The notes under the pieces are model-generated. The model was not told the origin of the DNA. It worked only from the letters and a program-made list of their open reading frames with translations, and searched no databases. Shown in pieces: positions 9,041 through 19,640 of a stretch of 64,000 nucleotides of DNA. Every line of letters begins with the position of its first letter. Positions within the stretch are counted from its first letter, which is position 1. The position numbers and the translations under genes were made by a program. This DNA is from Saprospiraceae bacterium (GTDB lineage: Bacteria; Bacteroidota; Bacteroidia; Chitinophagales; Saprospiraceae), in assembly GCA_016716185.1 (NCBI GenBank), contig JADJWV010000003.1:23759-87758 (forward strand). Reading direction: 5' to 3'.

Positions 9041-12000
9041 TTAACGCAGCAGGGTAATATCACCACTGGCTTGATGCCTGCCGCCAAATTTATCCCGCCA
9101 TTCAACGCGGTAAACAAATACGGCAGGATTCGCCGGTTGTCCTTTTAACTGTCCATCCCAGCCTATGCTGTTGTTGTTCGGAGGAAAGGATCGGCTTTCG
9201 AATACTTGTTCGCCCCAACGATTGTAAATTGCAAATAAATCGATCAACTCCACATCCTGATTCGCAAATACAGTCACGCGGTCATTAATCTGATCGCCGT
9301 TCGGACTAAAAACATTAGGTACATACACTTCTCCGGAACCCACTACGATCAAATATAAATTGAGAACAGAATCACAACCCCGTTGGGTAAAATGATTGAA
9401 GGAATAGCTTCCACTCTTTTCGTATAGTTCACCATTCGCATTCCACACATGCTTGTTTAATGCACATATGGTGTCGAAATGCTTGAATTCAGGATGGATG
9501 ATGAGTAGTAATTGAAAATCAGAATCACATCCATGTATGGTTTTTGAATTCAAATTATAAATTCCGCTTGCTGTGTATTCCTTTGCGGTAGGCTCCCAAT
9601 AATAAACTACGCAACTTTCTACCGTGTCTACGTTTTGATATTCCGGATAAAAGTTTAAATTCACCTGAATGGTTGAATCGCAACCATATTGATTGGCTGC
9701 CGGTAAAATGATCTCTCCTCTTGTATTATCTACGTCAAACCATTGCTGGTGAATCCTTACTCCTGTAGACGGACATACGAATGTGTCCAATTGAAATTTG
9801 GTTTCAGGCAAGATTTGAACATTAACATCGATGATGGAGTCACATTTATTTTGATTAGCGGACGATAGTACCAGGCGTCCGGCAGTTCTGTTTTCATCAA
9901 ATCGTTGTTGATGTATGACCAAAGAACTTCCTTTGCATATCGCTGTATCGAGCTTCGAAGTCGAAGTTGCACGAACACTCAACTGCACAGTTATCAACGA
10001 ATCACAACCATAATGATTCACACCAGGTAAAATGATTTCACCTTTCAAACGGTTTTCGTCAAACTTCCTGCTATGGATGATTAAGGATTCCCCTGGACAT
10101 ATTGATGTATCTATTTTTGAACTGGTTGTTGGTAAGATTTTAAGTTCGACATGGATGGAAGAATCACAACCGAATTGATTTGCATTCTTGAGCAAAACAT
10201 TTCCGCTCCTGTTTAACTCATCAAATAGTTGGTTGTGGATCGATACCACTCCTCCCGGACAAATGCTGGTATCCAGTCTGGCCTGGCTGGTTTGTAGTAA
10301 ATTTATTTTAACATGGAGAATGGAATCGCAGCCAAATTGATTCATACCAGATAGCAGCACATCTCCATTTAATCTGGATGCATGGAATAACTCTTGGTGG
10401 ATCTCCAGCGTATCTGATGGACAAATCGAACGTTCTATAACACCTTCGCTATAAGGTAAAATTGAAATATTTACTTCAATGATGGAATCACATCCATTTT
10501 GATTTAATCCTGCGAGTACAATAGTCCCTGCAGTCCTCGACGAATCAAATTTTTGTTGATGTAAAATTAAACTGTCGGTAGGACAAATGGATGCATAGAA
10601 TATCGATGATGTATGCGATTTGAAATGAATTTGAACCTGAATCATCGAGTCGCAACCCTTGTGATTCAGATTCTTTAGTAAAATCACACCCTGCGTTCGA
10701 TTAGAATCGAACACCTCCTGATGAATTTCCAATTGTGTGGATGGACAGATCGCTGTATCCAATATAAAAAAACCTGGCTGTAGGATATATGATTCAACCC
10801 TCACCAAAGAATCACAGCCAAAACCTCTGGTGTTGTTGAATCTCAACAGGCCGTTGGGATTCCTATCTGAAAACCACACATCGCCAAGCTGTACAGAATC
10901 ATTCAAACAAATTTCGGGATGAAGTGTATCCGGAATATTCTGATCGCAGGGAAACAAGCCAAAATCAATAGAAAAATTATTCTCTCCGTCTTTCCCTGTT
11001 AAATAATTTAAAGCAATCTTATTTTGATATACAGGAGGCAATGGCAAATTTTTAGATGCGTCCGAATCATTTTCTGAATTTCCAAAATTGATCCGGGAGT
11101 GATACATGGTAGTTGCATACGGAATGTAATTATGAATAAATTCTCCGTTTACATAATGTGTATCTCTCCCGATTTGAATTACATACTCGGTATAGGGATC
11201 TAAGCCTTGGAAATAATACAATCCATTTGTATCTGTCTGGGTTTGCCGCAATAGTGTATCGTTCTTAAAGAGTAATACTTCGACGGCAGCCAGAGAATTT
11301 TCATTAGGATCCTGCACCCCATCCTGGTCGCGATCAGACCAGATGTAATTTCCAATGGAAACACCAATTCCTTTTGAAGTAGATGAACCTATTAATAATT
11401 CAATATCCCCAAGGCCTGCGGCTTTTCCAAATGTACCATACTCGCCGGTAAAAATATTATAATTCACCCTTTTGCTTCCCAATGAATTATCGAGTTGACT
11501 CCAACCATTCGACCAGATATTTGCCGGATCCATAAGCGTAGCCACAATGGTATTGTAACTTGGATGTGCGGCAAGAGCCCCAAGCGTACTTTCCTGATGA
11601 CTGTAAAATCCATCCTGAAAATAAAACTCACCACCACAAACACCTTGATTGTTATTCACTCCCAAGGTGGTATGGAATCCAGCTGTGGCATTTTGCTCCA
11701 GCAGATATGATCCTTTTAAATGAAAGAGTTTTAAATTATCTCCACCGGCAAAACTAATATACACAACTCCATCTCTGGTATTGGTACCATAATCGCGGCC
11801 ACCGGTCTGATATCCATAGCGATCACCCAATGAAACGATCATGTTACCATCAGAATCGAATTCTATATCAGACAATACCGGAACCGGGCCACAAACCACA
11901 TCCGCTCCAATAAAATAATAATAGAAATTTCGATTCCAGGGCCTGAAGGTCGAACAGTAATTCGAGTTAAGAAATCCTTTTACATAATTGAGATCAAACG

Positions 12001-13576
12001 AAACCACATTATTGAAATTGCCATCTTTATATGCATAAACTACTGCTTTCAAATCATCGGGATTGTTGGTTGATTCGGCTGAGCACACGCCACCAACATA
12101 CAAAACGCCTTGATGATATTTCAATCCCCACGGCCTCCAATCTCCAGCATCGCTGCAACCGGGATCTGGGATGGGGATTTCCTGTATTCTGTTTGCCGTA
12201 ACCGGTAAGACCAAAGGATTGCCAAGGGCAATGCTGATGAGGGACCGGTTGAAAAGATTAACAGCATATAAAGTATCTTCTGATTCATTTATATCGATAT
12301 CGCCCAAACCCCATTTTCCAATCTTATCGAATGCTGCGGTATCGTGCGAAGCCTGCAACGGATTCAACGGTAAATTCCTTACAAGCGTAGCTTCGTTTCC
12401 AGTAGGAATACCAAAAGAATCAAAATTTAATAAGATACTGGTGTTACCATAATATCTGTAACCTGCTCTGAACGGAGGATTGGGTAGAAACCCATTCAAG
12501 TCTGTTTTATAAATAGCTCCCAATCCACCGGGACCCAAGGATGCATTTCTTTTTAAAAAAGCTCCGGAAAATAACTGTCTCGAACTTTTCTGAAAACTCA
12601 GTCCCCAAACCGATCCCGTTTCTCCGGCACTTGCCAGATAATAATTTCCATTCGGTCCGGTGCGAGGACCCCCTTCTGTTGTATTGTAAAGATTAGCGAC
12701 TAATGTAGGTTCATTAAAAGCAGGACTGGCCCTGTTCAGCGCATTGCATTTTGCAAAACAAGTGGAAACCATCCATGGATTTGGGTCGATGAGGCTGGTG
12801 ATCTGATAAATTCCAAGATCATTATTGCATGTACCCACATGTGCAATTTGAGTACGCGTCTTATTATCTGAACCAGGATTGGCATCGAACAAAATGGGAT
12901 CGATCTGGTATTCTATGCGAAGATTTTGTCCCGGATTCAGATTTCCGATAGCCCACAACCCATTTGTACCTGTTCGGGTAATTCCATACAATTGTTTCGC
13001 ATCGTTGTACAATCTGACTTCAATTCCTGAAATCCCATTTTCCGAACTTTCCTGAATTCCGTTGTTGTTGTAATCTGAAAAAACTTTACCTCCGATAAAA
13101 TCACTTCCTGCACACAGAGGCGGATCACAGGGACCAGGCAGTTGAATAATCCGCGAGCTTGCCTGGCAAGTGCCACCTTCAAATTCGGCAGTTAAGTTAT
13201 AATTCATACCATCAGGGACCAACACAAACTTCACATACGGCGGACAGCCTTTCATTGCCGGATTGAAATATTTTGTCTGGCCGTTAAGAATCACTCTGAT
13301 CCGTTCACCTGCTACCGGCATGTTCCAACTTAAATATGCAGCTACTATGACTTTAGACTGGTTTCCGGTGGCCATACTGTACTCACAATCGCCGACGATC
13401 ACTTTGTCGATATTCAGGTTACAGGCTAAATGATTTAAGTTCTTAGATGTTGAAATGTCTGAGGTATTACCAATCCGTAACCAACCCGGCAACAACGGAA
13501 GAGAAAACAGCACCAGATTGTAGAGTTTCCACATGATATGGAGTTTCCTTCGATAAAAAGCAGTTAAAGATAACAT
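9041..13576 (-). CDS. Giant adhesin-like protein with SdrD-B-like domains, ten ~70-aa Cys-containing repeats and a gliding-motility (CHU_C / T9SS type-B) C-terminal domain
   Basis: C-terminus VPNVFSPNGDQINDRV ... IYNRWGEQVF ... GWDG ... VFVYRV. SdrD-B-like motifs GGKVFSDYNNNGIQESSENGISGIEVRLY and GNYIWSDRDQDGVQDPNENSL. Ten repeats each end in GCDS. The start may instead be the second Met (MWKLYNLV). Confidence 0.85.
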   Translation of the reverse strand: MLSLTAFYRRKLHIMWKLYNLVLFSLPLLPGWLRIGNTSDISTSKNLNHLACNLNIDKVIVGDCEYSMATGNQSKVIVAAYLSWNMPVAGERIRVILNGQTKYFNPAMKGCPPYVKFVLVPDGMNYNLTAEFEGGTCQASSRIIQLPGPCDPPLCAGSDFIGGKVFSDYNNNGIQESSENGISGIEVRLYNDAKQLYGITRTGTNGLWAIGNLNPGQNLRIEYQIDPILFDANPGSDNKTRTQIAHVGTCNNDLGIYQITSLIDPNPWMVSTCFAKCNALNRASPAFNEPTLVANLYNTTEGGPRTGPNGNYYLASAGETGSVWGLSFQKSSRQLFSGAFLKRNASLGPGGLGAIYKTDLNGFLPNPPFRAGYRYYGNTSILLNFDSFGIPTGNEATLVRNLPLNPLQASHDTAAFDKIGKWGLGDIDINESEDTLYAVNLFNRSLISIALGNPLVLPVTANRIQEIPIPDPGCSDAGDWRPWGLKYHQGVLYVGGVCSAESTNNPDDLKAVVYAYKDGNFNNVVSFDLNYVKGFLNSNYCSTFRPWNRNFYYYFIGADVVCGPVPVLSDIEFDSDGNMIVSLGDRYGYQTGGRDYGTNTRDGVVYISFAGGDNLKLFHLKGSYLLEQNATAGFHTTLGVNNNQGVCGGEFYFQDGFYSHQESTLGALAAHPSYNTIVATLMDPANIWSNGWSQLDNSLGSKRVNYNIFTGEYGTFGKAAGLGDIELLIGSSTSKGIGVSIGNYIWSDRDQDGVQDPNENSLAAVEVLLFKNDTLLRQTQTDTNGLYYFQGLDPYTEYVIQIGRDTHYVNGEFIHNYIPYATTMYHSRINFGNSENDSDASKNLPLPPVYQNKIALNYLTGKDGENNFSIDFGLFPCDQNIPDTLHPEICLNDSVQLGDVWFSDRNPNGLLRFNNTRGFGCDSLVRVESYILQPGFFILDTAICPSTQLEIHQEVFDSNRTQGVILLKNLNHKGCDSMIQVQIHFKSHTSSIFYASICPTDSLILHQQKFDSSRTAGTIVLAGLNQNGCDSIIEVNISILPYSEGVIERSICPSDTLEIHQELFHASRLNGDVLLSGMNQFGCDSILHVKINLLQTSQARLDTSICPGGVVSIHNQLFDELNRSGNVLLKNANQFGCDSSIHVELKILPTTSSKIDTSICPGESLIIHSRKFDENRLKGEIILPGVNHYGCDSLITVQLSVRATSTSKLDTAICKGSSLVIHQQRFDENRTAGRLVLSSANQNKCDSIIDVNVQILPETKFQLDTFVCPSTGVRIHQQWFDVDNTRGEIILPAANQYGCDSTIQVNLNFYPEYQNVDTVESCVVYYWEPTAKEYTASGIYNLNSKTIHGCDSDFQLLLIIHPEFKHFDTICALNKHVWNANGELYEKSGSYSFNHFTQRGCDSVLNLYLIVVGSGEVYVPNVFSPNGDQINDRVTVFANQDVELIDLFAIYNRWGEQVFESRSFPPNNNSIGWDGQLKGQPANPAVFVYRVEWRDKFGGRHQASGDITLLR

Positions 13577-13720
13577 GAATTCTTTGGGATCTGAAAGTTT
13601 ATTTTTGATGGCAAAAGAATAAGAGACTAAAGCAAGAAGCTGGAGGCAAGAAGTTGGAAGCCTAAAGCTTAAAGCTTAAAATGGTGCTTTAAATTTAAAA
13701 CAGTTACAATACTAACATTT

Positions 13721-13736
13721 GTTAGTGTGTATAAAA
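13721..13736. repeat. Palindrome ACTAACATTTGTTAGT (copy 2)
   Basis: Read directly. It lies in the intergenic region between rnpA and the adhesin gene, preceded by heptamer word repeats (TAAAGCT x2-3). Confidence 0.85.
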
Positions 13737-13961
13737 TTTGATTTCTTGCTGAATCTGTAAATCATCACATGATTAAAGATCACTCGAATTAGAAATGTAA
13801 AATTTTAGGAAATATCTTTAAATTTCTAAATATTAAAGGATTAAAAAAATTTTCTGCGAAATTTCAGTCCGTAAGGCAAAAATATTTACATAAAATAGAT
13901 TCATTTAAATCAATCTTAAGCCCGATATGTATCTCTTGATTATTACAAGGACTATTGGTCT

Positions 13962-14017
13962 CCCATTAAAATAAAGATGATTATTTCTTGTTTTTATGGC
14001 TATGTTATTTTATCGGG
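13962..14017 (+). repeat. Hairpin element, copy D (CCCATTAAAAT ... ATTTTATCGGG)
   Basis: The loop GATGATTATTTCTTG ... ATGGCTATG aligns with copy C (GGATTATTTCTATTATGATGAGCAATTTCAT). The left arm has two mismatches. Confidence 0.55.
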
Positions 14018-14165
14018 ATTTCGACCTTTCGAAAATTAACTTTATAATTTAAGCAGCCACCGTTGGCCTCCTGCAGATGATGCTGATAACTCAGATGAAT
14101 ACATTGAATGATTTATATACAAGGAATTGCTCTTTACTCTCCCTTCACAACAGGAAAGATTGAAC

Positions 14166-14534
14166 TCATTTCAGTCCTTTTAATATGCGTATCACGGCTT
14201 TCTCTATTTCGCCATAATCCAATTTAGTTTTACCTACATAAATAAACATCAACAGAAGTTTTCTGGAAGTTACATGGTCTTGCCAATGCAAACGATAGGC
14301 CTCGCGGATCCTTCTTTTCAGTAAATTGCGGTCGGTCGCCTTTTTAAATGCCCTTTTTGAAACAGAAATTCCAATTTGGGGGTCGGTAATTTGAAAATCC
14401 GGTTCATCCGGGATTTCACGGAATTTCAATAAAAGAGGATGAGAAAACCTGGAATCAGCTTCCTCAAATAATTTTTCAATTTGTTTTCTGGATTTTAATC
14501 GGAGCCTTTCTGGAAATGAATAGCGTTGGCTCAC
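14166..14534 (-). CDS. rnpA: Ribonuclease P protein component
   Basis: Small basic protein immediately downstream of rpmH, the conserved rpmH-rnpA arrangement. N-terminal FPERLRLKSRKQI and central KRAVDRN-like (KKATDRNLLKRRIRE) region. Confidence 0.85.
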   Translation of the reverse strand: MSQRYSFPERLRLKSRKQIEKLFEEADSRFSHPLLLKFREIPDEPDFQITDPQIGISVSKRAFKKATDRNLLKRRIREAYRLHWQDHVTSRKLLLMFIYVGKTKLDYGEIEKAVIRILKGLK

Positions 14535-14548
14535 GGCCTGGCCTGTGA

Positions 14549-14704
14549 TTATTTCAGGCCTCTTTCGTCGGAAACACTCAGCTTGGCCCTTCCACGCGAA
14601 CGCCTGCGAGCAAGCACTTTGCGTCCGTTTTTAGACGCCATACGGCTCCTGAATCCGTGCTTATTCGATCTTTTTCTTCTGGAAGGTTGAAATGTCCTTT
14701 TCAT
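14549..14704 (-). CDS. rpmH: 50S ribosomal protein L34 (below the 60-aa cut-off of the ORF track)
   Basis: Manual translation of the minus strand gives [51 protein letters not shown], the canonical L34 sequence pattern. Confidence 0.9.
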   Translation of the reverse strand: MKRTFQPSRRKRSNKHGFRSRMASKNGRKVLARRRSRGRAKLSVSDERGLK

Positions 14705-14883
14705 AACTAATTAATTATCAACGACTTTTAAAAGGGATCGCAAAGATACTACAATTCTGATCTTTTCCATAATCAATTTATATACAAATTCATTTTTTCG
14801 AAATGATCAGGCCACTTTTGTCTTCAGCTCGCGAGTTGTGACCAATCCCCTGGTTCTTTTTCTCAACTCTTATGTCAGTAATA

Positions 14884-16623
14884 TTAACTATTCATCGAAA
14901 TGAGAAACTCATCATTGGTCATAGTGCCCACCATATGTTTTTTCACAAACTCTACGGCTTCCTCCGGTTTCATATCTGCCAGGTGGTTCCTCAATACAAA
15001 CATTTTTTGAATAGTGGTATCGTCGAGCAACAGGTCTTCGCGTCTGGTACTGGACTTGGTAAGATCGATAGAAGGATACAAGCGCTTATTGGCCAATGTG
15101 CGATCGAGTTGTAATTCCATGTTACCAGTTCCTTTGAATTCTTCAAAAATCACTCCATCCATTTTAGAACCGGTATCGATCAAAGCAGTAGCAATGATGG
15201 TTAACGAGCCTCCATTTTCAATTTTTCGGGCAGCACCAAAGAATTTTTTAGGCTTTTGCAAGGCATTCGCTTCCACACCACCTGAAAGCACCTTACCGGA
15301 AGATGGTGCAACGGTATTGTAGGCTCTGGCAAGGCGGGTAATGGAATCCAATAAGATCACCACATCGTGACCACACTCCACCATCCTTTTGGCTTTTTCC
15401 AAAACAATATTGGCAACCCTGACGTGGTTATCTGCCGGTTCGTCAAATGTGGAAGAAATAACCTCTGCTTTCACGCTTCTTTTCATGTCGGTAACCTCTT
15501 CAGGCCTTTCATCGACCAGAAGAACGATCATATAACTCTCCGGGTGATTGGTAGCTATGGCATTCGCAAGATCCTTCAACAAAAAGGTCTTTCCTGTTTT
15601 AGGTTGGGCAACAATCAGGGCACGCTGTCCTTTTCCAATAGGCGTAAACAGGTCAATCATCCTGTTGCCGTAATCCCTCCCAGCCGGACTGGTGGTTAGT
15701 TTGAATTTTTCATTGGGGAACAAGGGAGTCAGGTAATCAAATGGCACACGATCCCTTATCCATTTAGGGTCCAATCCGTTGATCTTTGAAACTTTAAGCA
15801 GTGCAAAATACTTTTCGCCTTCCTTGGGAGGTCTGATTGCCCCCTCAACAGTATCGCCGGTTTTTAGCCCAAATAATTTTATTTGCGATGGAGAAACATA
15901 AATGTCGTCCGGAGATGAAAGATAATTGTAATCTGAGCTTCTCAGGAATCCATATCCTTCTTGCATCATTTCGAGGACTCCGGTACCCTCGATTACACCC
16001 TCCAACTCAACTACAAAAACGGGTTCAGGCTTTGGAACAAATTCCATTTCAGATTGGTCTGAATGACCAGGCTCCTGCTCATCGTTTGTGGTTTTTCTTA
16101 CTTCTGCTGGTCTCGATTCTTTATAGTTTCTAGGGTTTCTGTAGTTGCCATTTTCTTTGTTTCCGTCTCGGTTGTTATCCCTTTGGTAGGGCTTAACAAA
16201 GGGCTTGCGTTGCCTGTGTTGTTCGCTGGTATCTTTTTGCTCTGATGATTCTGCTATTTCTGATTCTGCAACTTCTGATTCAGAGGACACAGTCGCACCG
16301 ACGGCTTCCGTTTCTTCTTCCTGTGTTTCATCAACCGGGTTTTCAACTTCTTTAATGAGCTGTTCGGCTGCTTTTCCAACTCTACGTCTACGCCCGCGTA
16401 CATTATGCTCATCGACCAAAATGTCATATGAAGCCTGCTGACCTCCTTCGCCTTGCTCACCGGGACCTTTATCATCACCGCTCTTATTTAAGGCTTGTTG
16501 GTCGAGAATTTTATAAATCAGGTCTTGTTTGGGTAATTTTTTGGAATTCTGGACACCGAGTTGCTCTGCTATATCCCTAAGTTCCGGAACAAGCATGTCA
16601 TTCAATTGTAAAATGTCGTACAT
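14884..16623 (-). CDS. rho: Transcription termination factor Rho with long N-terminal insertion
   Basis: Walker [22 protein letters not shown] and a C-terminal [15 protein letters not shown]-type motif. At 579 aa it carries a ~150-aa acidic, Q/E/N/R-rich insert after the first ~45 residues. Confidence 0.92.
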   Translation of the reverse strand: MYDILQLNDMLVPELRDIAEQLGVQNSKKLPKQDLIYKILDQQALNKSGDDKGPGEQGEGGQQASYDILVDEHNVRGRRRRVGKAAEQLIKEVENPVDETQEEETEAVGATVSSESEVAESEIAESSEQKDTSEQHRQRKPFVKPYQRDNNRDGNKENGNYRNPRNYKESRPAEVRKTTNDEQEPGHSDQSEMEFVPKPEPVFVVELEGVIEGTGVLEMMQEGYGFLRSSDYNYLSSPDDIYVSPSQIKLFGLKTGDTVEGAIRPPKEGEKYFALLKVSKINGLDPKWIRDRVPFDYLTPLFPNEKFKLTTSPAGRDYGNRMIDLFTPIGKGQRALIVAQPKTGKTFLLKDLANAIATNHPESYMIVLLVDERPEEVTDMKRSVKAEVISSTFDEPADNHVRVANIVLEKAKRMVECGHDVVILLDSITRLARAYNTVAPSSGKVLSGGVEANALQKPKKFFGAARKIENGGSLTIIATALIDTGSKMDGVIFEEFKGTGNMELQLDRTLANKRLYPSIDLTKSSTRREDLLLDDTTIQKMFVLRNHLADMKPEEAVEFVKKHMVGTMTNDEFLISMNS

Positions 16624-16888
16624 AATAAAAAGTAAAACGAAATAAAAATGTGTTTAGATTAGATAAGGGCTTGATTCACAATCGATTTTCAGAGAACCTG
16701 TTCAACCAAAAACTGGATGGATATGATTAACTTACCGAGGATGATCAGGAAATACTCTGGAGATGCGATAGATATGAAAAACCATTCGGTTTGACCCTGC
16801 AAATATACTATTCTTTAAATGAATTTAGTATTTTTAAAAAAAAATTTAAGGGACTTGCTTAACATTGCCGGGCAGAAACACAGCACAA

Positions 16889-18169
16889 ATGGTTGAATTG
16901 AGAATACTTAGAAAGGATACATCGGCAGTTGTAGATGCTTATCGCAAAAGAAATCTAAACGACGGCCAGATTGGATTGGTTTATGAAATTATTGACCTGG
17001 ACGATACCAGGAAAAAATTACAATCTCAAATTGACCAACAACTTGCCGTGCTTAATCAACTTGCAAAGGAAATAGGCGAATTGTTTAAATCCGGCAAAAC
17101 CGAAGAAGCCAACCAATCCAAAGATAAAGTAAATGCATTAAAGTCAACATCCAGGGAACTGGAACTTCAATTGGACCAGGTAAAGCAGTCCATTGAGGAA
17201 AAATTATTGGCGCTTCCCAACATCCCTAACGAACTGGTTCCTCAGGGCTCGACACCTGAAGAAAATCAAATTGTTAAAACAAGCACTGAAACTTTACCTC
17301 AACTACCCGAATCGTGTTTACCGCATTGGGAGCTGGCTAAAAAATACAATTTATTCGATATGGAACTTGGCGTAAAATTGTCGGGTTCTGGTTTCATCGT
17401 CTATCGTGGTCAAGGTGCGAAACTTCAGCGGGCTTTGATCCAGTTTTTCCTGGATAAAGCTGTGAACGCCGGTTATGAAGAGATCCATGCTCCACTTCTG
17501 GTGAATGCCGATTCTGCAAGGGGAACGGGTCAACTTCCAGACAAAGAGGGCCAGATGTATTTTGTCGAAAAAGACGATTTATATCTGATCCCTACCGCTG
17601 AAGTGCCCATTACCAATATATTCAGAAATGAACTCCTCAAAGACGATCAATTCTCGATAAAATTATGTGGTTATACACCTTGTTTCAGAAGGGAAGCTGG
17701 ATCCTATGGTGCACATGTAAAGGGTCTTAACCGGGTCCACCAATTCGATAAAATTGAAGTTGTTCGCATTGAAAATGTAAACCGCTCCTATGCTGCTCTC
17801 GATGAAATGTTGGTACATGTCGAAAGCCTTTTGAACGATTTGCAGTTGCCCTACCGGATCCTGCGGCTTTGTGGCGGTGATCTGGGCTTTGCATCGGCAC
17901 TCACCTATGATTTCGAGGTCTATTCAGCAGCTCAGAAAAGATGGCTGGAGGTAAGTTCCGTTTCCAATTTTGAAAGTTTTCAAGCCAACCGGTTAAAACT
18001 CCGCTATAAAAATGAAAAAGGGGAATCCATTCTCGCTCATACTTTGAACGGAAGCGCTCTTGCCCTGGCTCGGATTGTCGCAGCTTTGCTGGAAAACAAC
18101 CAGACAGGAGAAGGAATTGCAATTCCTCCTGCACTCAGGCCTTATACGGGATTTGACTGGATCCGTTAA
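16889..18169 (+). CDS. serS: Seryl-tRNA synthetase
   Basis: N-terminal coiled-coil arm and class II motifs (FRREAGSYG, TAEVPITN, GSALALARIVAALLENNQ). The ATG at 16889 gives ~426 aa; the ORF is open from 16865. Confidence 0.9.
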   Translation: MVELRILRKDTSAVVDAYRKRNLNDGQIGLVYEIIDLDDTRKKLQSQIDQQLAVLNQLAKEIGELFKSGKTEEANQSKDKVNALKSTSRELELQLDQVKQSIEEKLLALPNIPNELVPQGSTPEENQIVKTSTETLPQLPESCLPHWELAKKYNLFDMELGVKLSGSGFIVYRGQGAKLQRALIQFFLDKAVNAGYEEIHAPLLVNADSARGTGQLPDKEGQMYFVEKDDLYLIPTAEVPITNIFRNELLKDDQFSIKLCGYTPCFRREAGSYGAHVKGLNRVHQFDKIEVVRIENVNRSYAALDEMLVHVESLLNDLQLPYRILRLCGGDLGFASALTYDFEVYSAAQKRWLEVSSVSNFESFQANRLKLRYKNEKGESILAHTLNGSALALARIVAALLENNQTGEGIAIPPALRPYTGFDWIR

Positions 18170-18241
18170 GAAATTTTTAATTAAAATTTGAAATCTTATA
18201 GGCCCGGTGGCTGTTATTAAAGAACTTAAAATTATACAACT

Positions 18242-18943
18242 ATGCCATTTTCTGGAGATTACATGATTTATTACATCCTTGTTATAGCCCTTTCTTTGGT
18301 AGGAATGTGGGTTTCAGGCAGATTGCAAAGCAAATTTAAAGCCTATTCCAAAGTTGGTCTGAGAGCCAATCGTTCGGGCCGTGAAATTGCAGCTGATATG
18401 TTGCAATACTATGGATTGCATAACGTTCGGGTGCTGGAGTCTGATGGCTTTTTATCAGACCATTACAATCCGGTCAACAGAACCGTAAACCTGAGTCCAG
18501 AAGTTTTTCATGGCAGAAGTGTTGCAGCAGCAGCAGTGGCAGCACATGAATGTGGGCATGCTGTTCAACACGACACGGCTTATTCCATGCTTCAACTCCG
18601 GTCAAAACTGGTTCCTGTTGTAAAGTTTGCCAGTGTAGCCCAGCAATATCTCTTATTGGCAGCTTTTATGCTGGCAAATACTTTTCCAAGCCTGATGCTT
18701 GTAACCATTATCCTGTTTGCCATAACGACCTTATTTAGCATCATTACCTTGCCTGTGGAATTCGATGCCAGTAAACGCGCCTTGGTGTGGATCGATAAGA
18801 GAGGGGTGGTCACCTCTGAGGAATATGCCGGTGCTAAAGATTCATTGACCTGGGCAGGAATGACTTATGTTGCCGCCGCACTTTCTTCACTTGTTATGCT
18901 TGTTTATTTAATTTTGCGCTACGTCGGTGCAAACCGGGAATAA
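18242..18943 (+). CDS. Membrane zinc metallopeptidase (Zn_peptidase_2-like)
   Basis: HECGHAVQH (HExxH) motif with an N-terminal and several C-terminal TM segments. An alternative ATG at 18263 (MIYYILV) is possible. Confidence 0.75.
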   Translation: MPFSGDYMIYYILVIALSLVGMWVSGRLQSKFKAYSKVGLRANRSGREIAADMLQYYGLHNVRVLESDGFLSDHYNPVNRTVNLSPEVFHGRSVAAAAVAAHECGHAVQHDTAYSMLQLRSKLVPVVKFASVAQQYLLLAAFMLANTFPSLMLVTIILFAITTLFSIITLPVEFDASKRALVWIDKRGVVTSEEYAGAKDSLTWAGMTYVAAALSSLVMLVYLILRYVGANRE

Positions 18944-18974
18944 AGCCCATTTAAAACATAAAAAACAAATTAAC

Positions 18975-19538
18975 ATGTCGGCAGAATTAGATGCAGCCTG
19001 GTCAAAAGCCAAAGAAGAGTTTGAAAAAGCAATGGACCACCTCCAAAAGGAATTGCAAAAGGTAAGAACCGGGAAGGCTTCCACTTCCATTTTTGATGGC
19101 ATTCTCGTCAATTATTATGGATCGCCTACTCCCGTTGGACAAATTGCAAACATCAGCGCTTCTGATGCGAGGACGCTTACCATCCAACCCTGGGAAAAGA
19201 AAATGATCAACGAGATTGAGCATGCCATTTTTGCTGCTAATTTGGGATTGACACCGCAAAATGATGGCGAACTGATCCGGATTTCCATTCCGCCATTAAC
19301 CGAAGAGAGAAGAAAAGAATACGTAAAACAGATCAAGCACTACGGTGAAGAAGCGAAAGTCAGCATTCGTTCTACCCGGCATAAAATTCTGGATACCATT
19401 AAGAAAGAGCAAAAGAACGGGCTTCCGGAAGATATAGCCAAACGCAAAGAACACGATATTCAAAATCAGGTCAACGATTATTCTTCCAAAGTTGATAAGA
19501 TCATCGAGGCAAAAGAGAAAGAAATCATGACCGTTTAA
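18975..19538 (+). CDS. frr: Ribosome recycling factor
   Basis: KVRTGKASTSIFDGILVNYYGSPTPVGQIANISASDARTLTIQPWEK is the canonical RRF pattern. The ATG at 18975 gives 187 aa. Confidence 0.9.
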   Translation: MSAELDAAWSKAKEEFEKAMDHLQKELQKVRTGKASTSIFDGILVNYYGSPTPVGQIANISASDARTLTIQPWEKKMINEIEHAIFAANLGLTPQNDGELIRISIPPLTEERRKEYVKQIKHYGEEAKVSIRSTRHKILDTIKKEQKNGLPEDIAKRKEHDIQNQVNDYSSKVDKIIEAKEKEIMTV

Positions 19539-19640
19539 TATTAAAGTCGGCATTGACCGCTTTTAAAAATAAAATAACGGATTCCTTTGGGGATGCGTAT
19601 TGTTGATCTTTTATCGTTGTTCTAATCATTTTCCGAAATT

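Noticed and set aside
14872-16478. Several 60-110-aa ORFs on the plus strand (and one on the minus strand in another frame) overlapping rho
   Set aside because: They lie antisense to, or out of frame with, a confidently identified rho gene. They have low-complexity translations and no motifs.
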